Positions 41,117 to 51,907 of a stretch of 64,000 nt of DNA are shown in pieces. The notes below the pieces were generated by a model that saw only the letters and a list, made by a program, of their open reading frames with translations, was not told the DNA's origin and searched no databases. A program made the position numbers and the translations under genes. How positions within the stretch are numbered: the stretch's first letter is position 1; each line of letters starts with the position of its first letter. The stretch spans positions 384,001 to 448,000 of the forward strand of contig OZ250153.1 in NCBI GenBank assembly GCA_965237805.1, read 5' to 3'. This stretch comes from Gammaproteobacteria bacterium (lineage in GTDB: Bacteria > Pseudomonadota > Gammaproteobacteria > JABABF01).

Positions 41117-42912
41117 CGACCACGGAGAAATTGGCGATCCAAATCCGGCAAGCGGTACTCGAGCCAGGTCGGGCGCCCGTGATTGCACTGCCCGCTACGC
41201 TCGGTTCGCTCCATCGCCCGCAACAGGGCGTTCATCTCCGCCAGACTGAGGCGGTCATTGGCGCGCACCGCCGCTCGGCACGCCATGGAGGACAACAAAT
41301 CGTCGCCGAGGCAGCGCAGCCGATCGCTCTGACCGGCAACCATCAGCTCGGCCAGCACATCGCGCGCCAAAGCAGCGCCGTCCACCTGTCCCAGCTCGGC
41401 TGGCACCGCACGCACCAGCAGCTGCTCTTCAGCGATGCGAGACAGCTGCAGGCCAGCGGCGGCGAGCTCCTCGGCATGGCACTCGGCGAGCTCGGCCTCG
41501 GCATTGGTGCAGCGCAGAACCGCTGGTGGCAACAGCGATTGGCTCGGCACTTGGCCTACACTGCGCGCCGCCTTGAGGCGCTCATAGACCAAACGCTCAT
41601 GCGCGGCGTGCATGTCGACCACGATGAGACCATCGCGATTCTCGGCCAAAATATAGATCCCTTTGAGCAGTGCCAAGGCATAGCCCAAAGGCGGCACCGC
41701 GCTGTCGTCAGCGGCTGTATCGTCCCCCTCCGCAGCGCGACTGGCGATGCCGCGCCAAGCCTCCAGCTGTTCGGAGATCCGCGACGACGGCTCCCGCCCC
41801 GCACGCAGTGCGAGGCCGGGACCGGGCTGCGGGTTGGATGGCGACGGCAGGACAGCGGCGACACCCGCGGCGGCTGGCTCTTCGTCGGGACGCAGGGAAG
41901 CCAAGCGCCGATGCAGGCTGCGGTGGAGGAAATCGCCCACTCGCCGGGCATCGCGAAAGCGCACTTCGGCTTTGGCCGGATGCACATTCATGTCCACCGC
42001 CTCGGCATCCAACTCGAGGTGGAGCACATAGGCCGGGTGGCGCCCGTGATACATCACATCGGCGTAGCTGCGTCGCACGGCGTGCGCCGCCATCCGGTCG
42101 CGCACAGCGCGACCGTTGACGAACAAGTGCTGTTGATCGGCCTGCGAGCGGCTGTAGCGGGGCGAGGAGATCCAGCCCCACAGCGACAGTTCTCCCTCAG
42201 CCTCGCCCTCGCGGCAGTGCAAGGCCACACACTGCTCGGCGAAATCAGGCGAGCACAGTGTCGCCAAGCGCTCACCCTGCTGCGTGACATCGGCGCAGGG
42301 TGCCACCCGCAATCTGGAACGGCCATCGGCACGGAGCTCAAAGCCAATGCCGGGATGACCGAGGGCCAAGCTGCGCAAAACCTTATCGGCGCGCAGCAGT
42401 TCAGTGCGTGCAGTGCGCAAAAACTTCCGCCTAGCTGGCACATTGAAGAATAGCTCCACCACCTCGACCACCGTGCCGCGGGGATGTGGCGCCGGGCGCA
42501 GGGCGGAGAGTCCCTCCCCCGGTGCCGATTCGAGCAGGAAAGCGGTCTCGGCATCGCCAGTGCGGGATAGCAGTCGGAGCCGCGCCACCGAAGCGAGGCT
42601 GGCTAAGGCCTCACCTCGGAAGCCCAGCGTGGCGACCTGTCGCAGCTCTTCAAAACTGGCAATTTTGCTGGTCGCGTGGCGCGCCAAGGCGAGTGGCAGA
42701 TCGGCGGCGGCGATGCCCGCACCGTCATCGCGAACAGAGATGCGCCGCAGCCCCCCCTCCTCGAGCTCGACCACGATGTGCTCCGCACCGGCGTCGATGC
42801 TGTTCTCGACCAATTCCCGCACCGCCGAGGCGGGGCGCTCGATCACCTCGCCAGCGGCGATCTGATCCACCAGTGCACTGGGTAGCGCCCGGATGCGTTC
42901 GCCAACACTCAT
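41113..42912 (-). CDS. mutL: DNA mismatch repair protein MutL
   Basis: IAAGEVIERP, GFRGEAL, DMHAAHER, CNHGRPT. Confidence 0.97.
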   Translation of the reverse strand: MSVGERIRALPSALVDQIAAGEVIERPASAVRELVENSIDAGAEHIVVELEEGGLRRISVRDDGAGIAAADLPLALARHATSKIASFEELRQVATLGFRGEALASLASVARLRLLSRTGDAETAFLLESAPGEGLSALRPAPHPRGTVVEVVELFFNVPARRKFLRTARTELLRADKVLRSLALGHPGIGFELRADGRSRLRVAPCADVTQQGERLATLCSPDFAEQCVALHCREGEAEGELSLWGWISSPRYSRSQADQQHLFVNGRAVRDRMAAHAVRRSYADVMYHGRHPAYVLHLELDAEAVDMNVHPAKAEVRFRDARRVGDFLHRSLHRRLASLRPDEEPAAAGVAAVLPSPSNPQPGPGLALRAGREPSSRISEQLEAWRGIASRAAEGDDTAADDSAVPPLGYALALLKGIYILAENRDGLIVVDMHAAHERLVYERLKAARSVGQVPSQSLLPPAVLRCTNAEAELAECHAEELAAAGLQLSRIAEEQLLVRAVPAELGQVDGAALARDVLAELMVAGQSDRLRCLGDDLLSSMACRAAVRANDRLSLAEMNALLRAMERTERSGQCNHGRPTWLEYRLPDLDRQFLRGR

Positions 42913-44264
42913 GGCTGTGCCGCCGCCTGGGCAGTGGGAATCAACAAGGCACGCCCTTCCTGCAGCATATCCGTATCGGCACCGAGGCCGTTATAGCGCA
43001 CGATAGCCTCGACGCTGGTGCCATAGCGCCGCGCCAACAGCCATAGATTCTCACCCGACCGCACCGTGTGGCGCAAACCGACATTGAGTCGGCGCCAAGC
43101 CAGCCAGCTGCCCGTCGGAGGCTGGCTGACAAAGAAATCTCGCACCCCGATGAACAGTGCCTCGACGAGTTGAGTCTGATATTCGGTGCTCGCCAAGCGA
43201 CGCGCCTCATGCTCATTAGACAAAAATCCCAGCTCGACTAACAGCGAAGGCACATCGGGGGACCTCAAAACGGCGAAGTCAGCCTGCTCTACCAGTTTTT
43301 TATGCAGGTAAATCAAGCTTGACACAGATTGCAACAGCGACTGCGAGATCACCGCCGCCCGCTGGCGGCTGGCGTTCAGTGACAGGTCATAAAGCACGCT
43401 GCGCACGGCCTCTGGTTGCTGCTCCAAGACCAAGCCCGCGAGTTGTGATTGCCCGCTCTGGTTCTCCCTCTGCGAGAGGAAGTGGGCCTCGCGGCTGGAG
43501 GCTTCCCCGCCGCTCAGCATATACAGGGCAACACCGCGCGGTCGCCGCCCGCGACTGCTCTTTGGAATCGAGTCGGCATGTACCGAGAGCAGCAGCGCCG
43601 CGCGGTGCATGCGGGCGATGTGGCGACGCTCGGCGAGGCTGATAAATTCATCGCCCACACGCGTCAACAGCGCTGCGAAGCCCGGCTCGTTGTTCAATCG
43701 ATGATGCAGCTGCTTGGCCACCGCCAATACCACATCCTTCTCGCGCAGCTCGCTGGCCGCAACCGCCCCCGGATCGTGGCCACCGTGGCCAGCGTCGATC
43801 ACCACCACCACTTCGCTGGCACCGGCATCGCCCGGCACGAGATACTGCAGTGCCCCGGCGGGGGCACCGTACAACAATAGCGCCAAACGGTGGGATCTGA
43901 GGCCCTCGGGCGCTAGGCGGAGCAGCCGCGGGCGCACCGCAGGAGCCAGTTCCGCCACGAGGCGCAAGCCACCATCATCGCGTTGCGCCAAGCGCAGATC
44001 AATGATCGGGGAGCCTTGTAGTGCAGGGGCTCGAAAATTCTCGGGCAGTTTGGTATCGGCGAGATCGACAATCAGACGCGGCGGATCCTCCAGCCGTGTC
44101 TGCTCGTAATCCGGCGTCTCGGCACAGTCCAGCACCAAGCGCCACAACTTGTTGCTGTCGTGCGCCAAATGCAGGCCGAGCAGCTGATTGGCGACGCTAT
44201 TCGGCTGCGGCCACAACACCAGCGCCACAACACAACACAGCAGTGGTGCCAGAGCACCGCGCAT
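42909..44264 (-). CDS. amiB: N-acetylmuramoyl-L-alanine amidase (AMIN + Amidase_3 + LysM)
   Basis: IDAGHGGHDPGA, EKD, SVHAD, LVELGFLSN, C-terminal LysM. Confidence 0.9.
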   Translation of the reverse strand: MRGALAPLLCCVVALVLWPQPNSVANQLLGLHLAHDSNKLWRLVLDCAETPDYEQTRLEDPPRLIVDLADTKLPENFRAPALQGSPIIDLRLAQRDDGGLRLVAELAPAVRPRLLRLAPEGLRSHRLALLLYGAPAGALQYLVPGDAGASEVVVVIDAGHGGHDPGAVAASELREKDVVLAVAKQLHHRLNNEPGFAALLTRVGDEFISLAERRHIARMHRAALLLSVHADSIPKSSRGRRPRGVALYMLSGGEASSREAHFLSQRENQSGQSQLAGLVLEQQPEAVRSVLYDLSLNASRQRAAVISQSLLQSVSSLIYLHKKLVEQADFAVLRSPDVPSLLVELGFLSNEHEARRLASTEYQTQLVEALFIGVRDFFVSQPPTGSWLAWRRLNVGLRHTVRSGENLWLLARRYGTSVEAIVRYNGLGADTDMLQEGRALLIPTAQAAAQP

Positions 44265-44728
44265 CAGAGCAAGCCCCGTGCCAGCTGCTGGCCTCGTGCG
44301 CTGAGATACTGCCAGCGAACAAGACGCCCGCCACCACAGTTGAAGAAATCCAAGGCCAAATCTGGCGGCGGCAAGACAGCTGCCATATGCTCCGGCCATT
44401 CCACCAGCCACAGCGATGTGTCACAGCGCTCCACGCCTAGATCGAGCATCTCCAACTCCAACTCGGCATCGAGGCGGTAACAGTCCAAGTGGTGCAGCGA
44501 CAACCCCCCGGCCAATTGATAACTCTCCAACAGGGTGTAGCTGGGACTGCGCACCACACCCCCATACCCCAGCGCGGACAGCACGCCGCGACTGAAAGTG
44601 GTCTTGCCCGCGCCGAGGCCACCACGCAAATAGACAACGCCGCCAACAGCGCCGAAATAACCCAGACGCCGGCCTAAGGCCAGCGTCTGGGCGGTGCCAC
44701 AAAGGTAGCTTTCGCGCAGCGCTCTCAC
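44264..44728 (-). CDS. tsaE: t6A biosynthesis ATPase TsaE
   Basis: GAGKTT, V.SPSYTLLE.Y, HLD.YRL, VEWPE. Confidence 0.93.
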   Translation of the reverse strand: MRALRESYLCGTAQTLALGRRLGYFGAVGGVVYLRGGLGAGKTTFSRGVLSALGYGGVVRSPSYTLLESYQLAGGLSLHHLDCYRLDAELELEMLDLGVERCDTSLWLVEWPEHMAAVLPPPDLALDFFNCGGGRLVRWQYLSARGQQLARGLL

Positions 44729-46260
44729 AGTGACTTCGCTCCGGCTGGCGACTGCGACAGCAGTCGTAGCCACGGCAACAGATCCGTGGCCATCATGCCG
44801 CGTTCGCCACCCTCTACGGCGGCCAAGTCCCCCGCCTTGGCGTGCAGGCAAACAGCGACACGGGCAGCTGCCGACAGCGACAGCCCCTGTGCCAACAGGG
44901 CGCCGACCACCCCCGACAAAACATCGCCGGAGCCGCCGATGGCCAATGCTGGACCACCGTCGGAACACAGCGAGATCGTCTCGCCATCGGCGACCAAAGT
45001 GCCACTGCCTTTGAGCGCGACCACGCCGCCGAGTTGGTGCTGCAAGCGTGCGACCGCCGCCAGCCGATCATCCTGCACCACCGCTGCCGGGCAAGCTAGC
45101 AAGCGCGCTGCCTCACCGGGATGCGGGGTACTCACGCACAGCGCCGAAGCTGGCAGCGAGATGTCCAAGGTGGCCAGCAAATTCAGCGCATCGGCATCGA
45201 TCACCAACGGCAGATCGGTGGCGAGCACCCGGCGCAGCAACTGCTCCGACCAATCGCTCTGACCGAGACCGGGGCCAATCACCAAGACGCTGGCGTGCGC
45301 CAAGGCGGGATCGAGCTCGCGCTCGGTGCGCAGTCCCAGCACCATGAGCTCCGGTGCCGCCCCGGCCAGCGCCGCCGCATGTGAGTGGTGCGTTGCCAAC
45401 GACACCAAGCCAGCACCCGTGCGTGCCGCCGCCAGCGCGCTCAGCAGCGGGGCCCCGGCCATGCCGCTCTGCCCGCCGATCACCAGCACATGGCCGTAGC
45501 TGCCTTTGTGCCCATCGCGTCGCCTGAGCGGAGGCATCAGCGCCGCCACGCTGTCCAAGTCCATACGCTGCGCCACCGGATCGACACCGTCAAAGGCAGC
45601 GGCTGGCACAGTCAGCGAGGCATGGTGCAAACGACCGGCCAAGTGGCGGCCACTGGCTGTCAACAGACCCGGCTTCAGGGCGATGAAACTCAGGGTGCAA
45701 TCAGCTTGCACCGCCGTCCCCAGTACCCGTCCGCTGTCGGCACAGAGACCGGTGGGCAAATCCAGTGAAAACACTGGCGCACTGGCTGCATTCAGCGCCT
45801 GCACCGCACGCGCCGTGGAGGGACGCAACTCACCCGCCGCCCCAGTGCCGAGCAAGGCATCGACCAGCACATCGACAGCGCCGAACTCGGCATCCTCAGG
45901 CAAGGCCTCAATCGCCACGCCCTGCTCGCGGGCATAGGCCAGCGCCAGCGCCGCATCACCGCGTAGCCGCGCCTGCGAATCGCCCTCAAAGTACAGCGTC
46001 GGTCGAAGACCCTCGCGACGCGCCAAACCGGCGACAAAGGCACCATCGCCGCCGTTGTTGCCACTGCCGCATAGCACCACGATACGCTGCGCCTGCGGCC
46101 AGCGCTGGCGCAGCAAGGTGAAAGCGGCGCGGCCAGCGCGGCGCATCAATTCGATGCCCGGTATGCCACAACGCTCAATGGCAGCCCGATCCAGCCGCCG
46201 CATCTGGCTCGCACTGTAGAGCGGCAAAGGCAATCGCGTGGTTACAAGCGCGTCGGACAT
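44725..46260 (-). CDS. nnr: Bifunctional NAD(P)HX epimerase/dehydratase
   Basis: GSGNNGGDG, DALLGTG, HKG.YG, DADALN, TPHPGEAARLL, GSGDVL. Confidence 0.95.
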   Translation of the reverse strand: MSDALVTTRLPLPLYSASQMRRLDRAAIERCGIPGIELMRRAGRAAFTLLRQRWPQAQRIVVLCGSGNNGGDGAFVAGLARREGLRPTLYFEGDSQARLRGDAALALAYAREQGVAIEALPEDAEFGAVDVLVDALLGTGAAGELRPSTARAVQALNAASAPVFSLDLPTGLCADSGRVLGTAVQADCTLSFIALKPGLLTASGRHLAGRLHHASLTVPAAAFDGVDPVAQRMDLDSVAALMPPLRRRDGHKGSYGHVLVIGGQSGMAGAPLLSALAAARTGAGLVSLATHHSHAAALAGAAPELMVLGLRTERELDPALAHASVLVIGPGLGQSDWSEQLLRRVLATDLPLVIDADALNLLATLDISLPASALCVSTPHPGEAARLLACPAAVVQDDRLAAVARLQHQLGGVVALKGSGTLVADGETISLCSDGGPALAIGGSGDVLSGVVGALLAQGLSLSAAARVAVCLHAKAGDLAAVEGGERGMMATDLLPWLRLLSQSPAGAKSL

Positions 46261-46307
46261 GCGGCGCTGGCGCTAGCCAATTTCGAGCGATGCAATAAGC
46301 AGATTAT

Positions 46308-47444
46308 ATGGCACTAGAATGCATCGCTATGATCCAGCAAAAAGTCCGCCACGAGCACCGTCGCCTCGCCGATGACATCCGCACTTGGGCACAGCAGCTC
46401 GGCTTTGCCGACATCGGTATCACCGATGCCGATGTCGGTTCACAGCACCGCCGCCACTTCTTGAGCTGGCTGGCTCGGGGCCGACACGCCAGCATGGATT
46501 GGATGGAGCGCCATGGTAGCCTGCGGCTAGATCCCACCGCACTGTGGCCCGGCACCCTGCGTGTCATCAGCGTGCGCATGGACTACCTGCCAGCCACGGC
46601 AAGCGATATGGCGGAGAATCTGGCTGACAGTCACCGCGCCTACATCTCGCGCTACGCCCTCGGGCGCGACTATCACAAAGTGCTGCGCCAGCGCTTGGCG
46701 CGACTCGCACGCCGTATCGAGCGCGCCGTTGACGGACATCACCGAGCCTTTGCCGACAGCGCCCCGCTGCTCGAGCGCGCCCTCGCCGAGCGCGCCGGGC
46801 TGGGCTGGATCGGCAAGAACACAATGCTGATCCACCGCCAGGCGGGCTCGTGGTTCTTCCTCGGTGAAATCTGCACCGACGCGCCACTGCCCATCGACCC
46901 GCCAACATCGCCCGAGGAGCGGGCGGGTCACTGCGGCAGCTGCCGAGCCTGCCTCGACATCTGTCCGACCGGAGCACTGGTTGGCCCGCGCCAGCTGGAT
47001 GCCAAGCGTTGCATCTCCTATCTGACCATTGAGCATCGGGGATCGATCCCGCTACCGCTGCGAGCGCTGCTCGGCAATCGTATCTTCGGCTGCGACGACT
47101 GCCAATTGGTTTGCCCGTGGAACCGCTACGCGCGGCTCAGCACACTGGCCGACTTCCAGCCCCGACACAGCTTGGATCGCAGTCAGCTGATCAGCCTATT
47201 CGCATGGAGCCGGGTCGAGTTTGAACGCCATACAGAGGGTTCGGCCATACGCCGTACCGGTTATGTGGGCTGGCTGCGCAACCTCGCCGTGGCGCTGGGA
47301 AATGCCTCGCCCGATCCGGCGGTCGTGGCCGCGCTGCGCCAACGGCTCGCGCACCCTTCGGCGATAGTGCGCGAGCATGTGGTGTGGGCGCTGGCGCGTC
47401 AGCTCGGCACAGCGGCCTCAGTGCGCAAAAAAGTGTCCCGGTAA
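46308..47444 (+). CDS. queG: Epoxyqueuosine reductase
   Basis: SRYALGRDYH, GLGWIGKN, two Fe-S Cys clusters. Confidence 0.95.
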   Translation: MALECIAMIQQKVRHEHRRLADDIRTWAQQLGFADIGITDADVGSQHRRHFLSWLARGRHASMDWMERHGSLRLDPTALWPGTLRVISVRMDYLPATASDMAENLADSHRAYISRYALGRDYHKVLRQRLARLARRIERAVDGHHRAFADSAPLLERALAERAGLGWIGKNTMLIHRQAGSWFFLGEICTDAPLPIDPPTSPEERAGHCGSCRACLDICPTGALVGPRQLDAKRCISYLTIEHRGSIPLPLRALLGNRIFGCDDCQLVCPWNRYARLSTLADFQPRHSLDRSQLISLFAWSRVEFERHTEGSAIRRTGYVGWLRNLAVALGNASPDPAVVAALRQRLAHPSAIVREHVVWALARQLGTAASVRKKVSR

Positions 47445-47974
47445 TAGCTCAACTCGCGGATCGAGTCGCGCACATCCGCCAGCGCCCGGTGCCCACTTTG
47501 TTCCCCCGTGCGACGCTGCACCAACTCTGGGTACCAGCGCCGCGCCAACTCCCGCAAGGAGCTGACATCGACGTTCCGATAGTGGAAAAAAGCCTCCAGT
47601 TCCGGCATATAGCGGCTCAGGAAACGACGGTCGTGGTGGATGGTGTTGCCACACAGTGGCACTTGCCCCTTGTGCACATAACGACGCAGAAAGGACAGTG
47701 TCTCCAGCTCGGCGGTGCGCGTGTCGGTGGCACTGGTGCGCACCGCATCCGACAGGCCGGAACGGGCGTGTTGCTTGGTATTCCAATCGTCCATCGCAGC
47801 GAGTATGGCGTCGTCTTGGTGGATGGCGAGCACCGGCCCCACCGCCAACTCGACAAGCGCCGCGTCAGTCACCACAGTCGCGATCTCTATAATGCAGCTG
47901 TCCTCCACCGACAGACCTGTCATCTCCAGATCCAGCCAGATCAGGCGCAAATTTTTCTCTTTATCCTTGACCAT
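47399..47974 (-). CDS. orn: Oligoribonuclease
   Basis: IWLDLEMTGL, H..SGL, DRRFL..YMP, HRALAD. Confidence 0.95.
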   Translation of the reverse strand: MVKDKEKNLRLIWLDLEMTGLSVEDSCIIEIATVVTDAALVELAVGPVLAIHQDDAILAAMDDWNTKQHARSGLSDAVRTSATDTRTAELETLSFLRRYVHKGQVPLCGNTIHHDRRFLSRYMPELEAFFHYRNVDVSSLRELARRWYPELVQRRTGEQSGHRALADVRDSIRELSYYRDTFLRTEAAVPS

Positions 47975-48052
47975 GCGATCTCCTAATGCCCAGCTGCAAA
48001 ATTGATTGCGATCACTGTACTCTAACTGCAGGTGGCCCCAGCCCGACACACG

Positions 48053-48934
48053 ATGACTGAAACAGGCACCGTGGGCACCATCTCGGCCAGTTTCGGGCAC
48101 CGCTTGGTGGAGCTGCGTGAGGATAGCGGTCGGACGCGCCAATGCAGACTCGGACCCGGGGTCGGCCCGGCGGTGGCCGGTGACGAGGTGAGCGCCATCG
48201 ACGGCGAACTGGTCACCGCATTGCGAGCACGACGCTCACTGTTGTTGCGCTTCTCCGCCAGCGGACGGGCGCGGCCAGCCGTAGCCAACGCCGCCCAGCT
48301 GTTGCTGTTGCTGGCACCGCACCCGAACCCGTTGCCCGCACTGATAGATCACTGCCTCGCCACCGCAGAACTCAGCGGCATCGCCGCACTGCTCATCGTC
48401 AACAAAAGTGATCTTGAGGACGCTGACGCAACAGCACCCCTGCTGGCGCGCTACCGCAGCTGTGGCTACCCGCAGCTGCACTGTTCGGCGCTACGCGGCG
48501 ATGGACTTGATGCGTTGCGCACACAGCTCAGCGGCAAGAGCAGTGTGCTGGTCGGTCAGTCCGGCGTCGGCAAAACGACGCTGCTCAACCACCTCAGCGG
48601 AGCCGATGACATCACCCACGCCCTGTCTGCCCGCAGCTCCCGTGGCACACACACCACCTCCGTCACGCGCGGCTATCCATTGCCCGGCGGCGGCTGGCTA
48701 TTCGATATGCCGGGCATACAAGATTGCAGCTTGGCACATGTAGGGACGGAACGGCTGGCCTCAGCCTATGCCGAATTCCGCCCATTTCTGGGGCGATGCC
48801 GCTTTCACAACTGCCGCCATAACCGCGAGCCGGGCTGCGCCCTAGGGACGGCGGCGGCGGCGGGCGAGATCAGCATTGAGCGGCTCGAGTCCTACCGGCA
48901 CTGCCTGCGCACACAGCAGCCCAAGCAGTCCTAG
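48053..48934 (+). CDS. rsgA: Small-subunit-dependent GTPase A
   Basis: NKSD, GQSGVGKT, GTHTT, D.PG, C.F.NC.H..EPGC. Confidence 0.93.
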   Translation: MTETGTVGTISASFGHRLVELREDSGRTRQCRLGPGVGPAVAGDEVSAIDGELVTALRARRSLLLRFSASGRARPAVANAAQLLLLLAPHPNPLPALIDHCLATAELSGIAALLIVNKSDLEDADATAPLLARYRSCGYPQLHCSALRGDGLDALRTQLSGKSSVLVGQSGVGKTTLLNHLSGADDITHALSARSSRGTHTTSVTRGYPLPGGGWLFDMPGIQDCSLAHVGTERLASAYAEFRPFLGRCRFHNCRHNREPGCALGTAAAAGEISIERLESYRHCLRTQQPKQS

Positions 48935-48974
48935 CCACACGGCGGCGCGCCTGAGCTCTGCTAGACTTGGGCGC

Positions 48975-49802
48975 ATGCCCAGCTCGCCACCCTTGCTGTC
49001 CCCGGCAGAGGCTCTGCCACTGATCGAGCGTGGCGACTGCCTCGTCCTGCACCTAGCAGACCCCAAACACTACCTGCTCGGACACCTGCCGGGCGCATTG
49101 CCACTGTCACCCCAAGCACTGCGGGCCGGGCACTATCCAGCGGTCGGCGCATTGCCGGAACGCGAACACTTAGAGCGGCTATTCGCCGGACTCGGCCTCG
49201 TCCCCGAGCGCCCGGTCATCGCCTATGACGACGAAGGCAGTGGCTGGGCCGGACGGCTGTTCTGGACACTTGAGGTGCTGGGACACCAAGCGGTATCGGT
49301 GCTTGACGGCGGCCTCAGCGCTTGGTGCGCCGCTGGCTTGCCGGTAACGCAGACACCGGCAGCTGCCAGCCCCAGCGACTACCGATGCGAGGCACTGCGG
49401 GATGCCCCCTGCGCCGAGCTGGAAGAAATCGTCGCACGGCTAGACGACCCCAGCCTCGTACTGTGGGATGCTCGCTCGCAGATCGAGTACGAAGGGTTGC
49501 GATCTGCATCTAGGCGTCATGGCCGCATCCCGGGAGCCAAACACTGCGAATGGCTGGAATTGATGGACCACAATCATCATCGGCGACTGCTGGGTGCCGG
49601 GTCTCTGCGCACCCTGTTGCACGCACGCGGCATCGCCACCGAAGCCGAAATCATCTGCTACTGCCAAAGCCACCATCGCTCAGCCCTGTGTTATCTGGCC
49701 GGTCGCAGCTTGGGGCTGAATATTCGCGCCTACCCGGGGGCGTGGGCCGAGTGGGGCAACCGCGACGACACGCCGATGGAAAGCGGCCCCACCACCGGCT
49801 GA
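48975..49802 (+). CDS. Two-domain rhodanese/sulfurtransferase
   Basis: GHLPGA, LDGG, DARS, GRIPGA, CQSHHRS, YPGAWAEW. Confidence 0.9.
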   Translation: MPSSPPLLSPAEALPLIERGDCLVLHLADPKHYLLGHLPGALPLSPQALRAGHYPAVGALPEREHLERLFAGLGLVPERPVIAYDDEGSGWAGRLFWTLEVLGHQAVSVLDGGLSAWCAAGLPVTQTPAAASPSDYRCEALRDAPCAELEEIVARLDDPSLVLWDARSQIEYEGLRSASRRHGRIPGAKHCEWLELMDHNHHRRLLGAGSLRTLLHARGIATEAEIICYCQSHHRSALCYLAGRSLGLNIRAYPGAWAEWGNRDDTPMESGPTTG

Positions 49803-49805
49803 GCG

Positions 49806-50639
49806 GTGCCGACCATGGTGACGGACACCGCCAGCTGGCCACGGCGGGCGCTTTGCCAGCTGGCCACACGGCTCGCCAGCTGCCGCGTGTCGTGGGTCAA
49901 GCATATGCTGATCGCAAGCTTTGCGCGCCTCTACCGAGTGGATATGTCTGAAACCGCAGTGCCGCAGCTCGCCTCCTACAGCGATTTCAACCACTTCTTC
50001 ACTCGCGCCTTAGCCCCCGGCGCACGGCCGTTGGCCAGCGGCCCCCAAAGCGTGGCTCTGATGCCGGCGGACGGTGTGCTGAGCCAGTACGGTGCCCTGC
50101 GCGATGGCCTGATGGTGCAGGCCAAAGGACAGCATTACTCCGTTGCGGAGCTGCTGGCCGACAGCGAGCGGGCGACGGCCTACCGGCAGGGGCACTACGC
50201 GACCATCTATCTAGCACCGCACAACTACCACCGTGTACACATGCCCTTGGCCGGGCAGCTACGCCATAGCCGCTATGTGGCAGGCTGTCTGTTTTCGGTC
50301 AAAGAGCGCTCCGTGCGCCGGGTGCCACAGCTGTTGGCGCGCAACGAGCGCTTGGTCTGCCATTTTGAAACCGCTTGTGGCCCATGTGCAGTGGTCATGG
50401 TCGGCGCTCTGATCGTCGCTGGCATCCGCACTGTTTGGCAACGAGGGGAACAGCGCCCCGGCACCCAAGACTGGGATCGGATCACCGCACCTGCGTTGGA
50501 GCGCGGCGATGAAATGGGCTATTTCTGCCTCGGCTCCACCGTGGTGGTGTTATTCAGCCGAGGGATGACATGGCACGATGGCCTGAGTGCTGGCAATGTC
50601 GTCAAGATGGGGCAGGCGCTGGGTGAGGCTCGCAGCTGA
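49806..50639 (+). CDS. psd: Phosphatidylserine decarboxylase
   Basis: FN.FF.R, YLAP..YHRVH.P, NER, LGST cleavage motif. Confidence 0.94.
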   Translation: MPTMVTDTASWPRRALCQLATRLASCRVSWVKHMLIASFARLYRVDMSETAVPQLASYSDFNHFFTRALAPGARPLASGPQSVALMPADGVLSQYGALRDGLMVQAKGQHYSVAELLADSERATAYRQGHYATIYLAPHNYHRVHMPLAGQLRHSRYVAGCLFSVKERSVRRVPQLLARNERLVCHFETACGPCAVVMVGALIVAGIRTVWQRGEQRPGTQDWDRITAPALERGDEMGYFCLGSTVVVLFSRGMTWHDGLSAGNVVKMGQALGEARS

Positions 50640-50724
50640 TGGCGCAACAACCGAACACCCTGAATGCAGGACAAAATCGATCCACTAAAGACGCGGCCAG
50701 CTGATGCCTAGAGGCGAGCAGCCC

Positions 50725-51588
50725 CTAGAGGAGGTTCAGCAGCTCTTTGGCCTTGCGCTGCAATTTGCGCGTGTTTTCCGGCCCCATGCGCAACATCTGC
50801 CGGTCGACGAGGCTGAGCCGTTCCAAGGAGGAATCGGCATAGCGATAGGCGACAGAGGGACGTAGCAGACGGATCCGGCGCTTGCGCACCGGCGCTTTAA
50901 GCGTGTTTTTCAAGGCTTTGCGCAACACTTGGGCAACACTCCCCCGAGGATAGCCCAGCTCTTTATAGGCTTCCTGCATCAGCGGGCTCAGGCGGCGTAG
51001 TAGCTGGGCCAGTGCATCGCTGTCGATGGCGACCACCGCATTCACCAAGGCATCGTAGCGGCGATAGCCTGCGGGATCCATATAGATCTTGTTGTTATGC
51101 TCGATCACCTGGAAAGGCTGTCCCAGACGTGCGAAAGGAAACTGCCGGCTCAGCAAATCGCCCTTGGCGACATTGTCGGTAATGGCGATGAAGCGGCGCA
51201 GCAACTGATCAGTAGCAAACCAACGGCGCATGATCTTGGCGCTGAACAAAGTCGTCAACTCGCCGCGAGTCCAGCTGTCGCTCGCATCCAAGCTCGGCAA
51301 CACGAAGCTCGGTGACTCATCCTCTCCAGTCGTCGCCGGCGCGTCCTCAGTGGATGCCACACGCTCGGAGGGAGCGCTATCCGCTGAGGGAGCTGTACGC
51401 TCCGCCTGAGGCTGTCTCTGGGAATAGTCCGGCGTCGACACCGGTGCCAGCTGCTCCCCCTCGTCCTCGGATGCGGGTAGCAGCAACAAGCCGACAAGCA
51501 AGGCGAATATGGCGACGACACTGGCCACCCATACCGGCAACGGTACCGCATCGGCGTATTCGCGCCAGCCCTTCATCAGCGTCGCCAT
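50725..51588 (-). CDS. DUF3014 family membrane-anchored protein
   Basis: TM anchor, LPSLDASD, RYD, AYKELGYP, Y.YAD..LE.L....RQMLRMGPEN. Confidence 0.8.
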   Translation of the reverse strand: MATLMKGWREYADAVPLPVWVASVVAIFALLVGLLLLPASEDEGEQLAPVSTPDYSQRQPQAERTAPSADSAPSERVASTEDAPATTGEDESPSFVLPSLDASDSWTRGELTTLFSAKIMRRWFATDQLLRRFIAITDNVAKGDLLSRQFPFARLGQPFQVIEHNNKIYMDPAGYRRYDALVNAVVAIDSDALAQLLRRLSPLMQEAYKELGYPRGSVAQVLRKALKNTLKAPVRKRRIRLLRPSVAYRYADSSLERLSLVDRQMLRMGPENTRKLQRKAKELLNLL

Positions 51589-51907
51589 CCTTAGGCTACC
51601 GTGGCCGCCTCTGTGAGGCGGAAATGACTGGCGTGGGGATCGGCGCATGCGCCGGAGGGTCGTGCGTTCATCGCTTGCATCCCTTGTTCGACTTCAGACA
51701 ATGCTCCAGCAACCACCGCTGATAAGCTTGGCTATCTCGGGAACGATCGCCATTATAGCAAATTTTGGCTGCTGTCATCCGCAACGTCACCATTGCGTTA
51801 TGATAACTGGCTAGGATACGCCACCTCTAGCACACACTGCGCCGGGTGAAGTGGCGCTGCCAGCCGGGGTTGAAGAAAGCCATGACAACAGCTCTAGGAG
51901 TGCGCAA

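Noticed and set aside
41038-42453. 471-aa ORF antisense to mutL, and the many similar overlapping ORFs in the track
   Set aside because: Antisense or alternate-frame shadows of well-supported genes.
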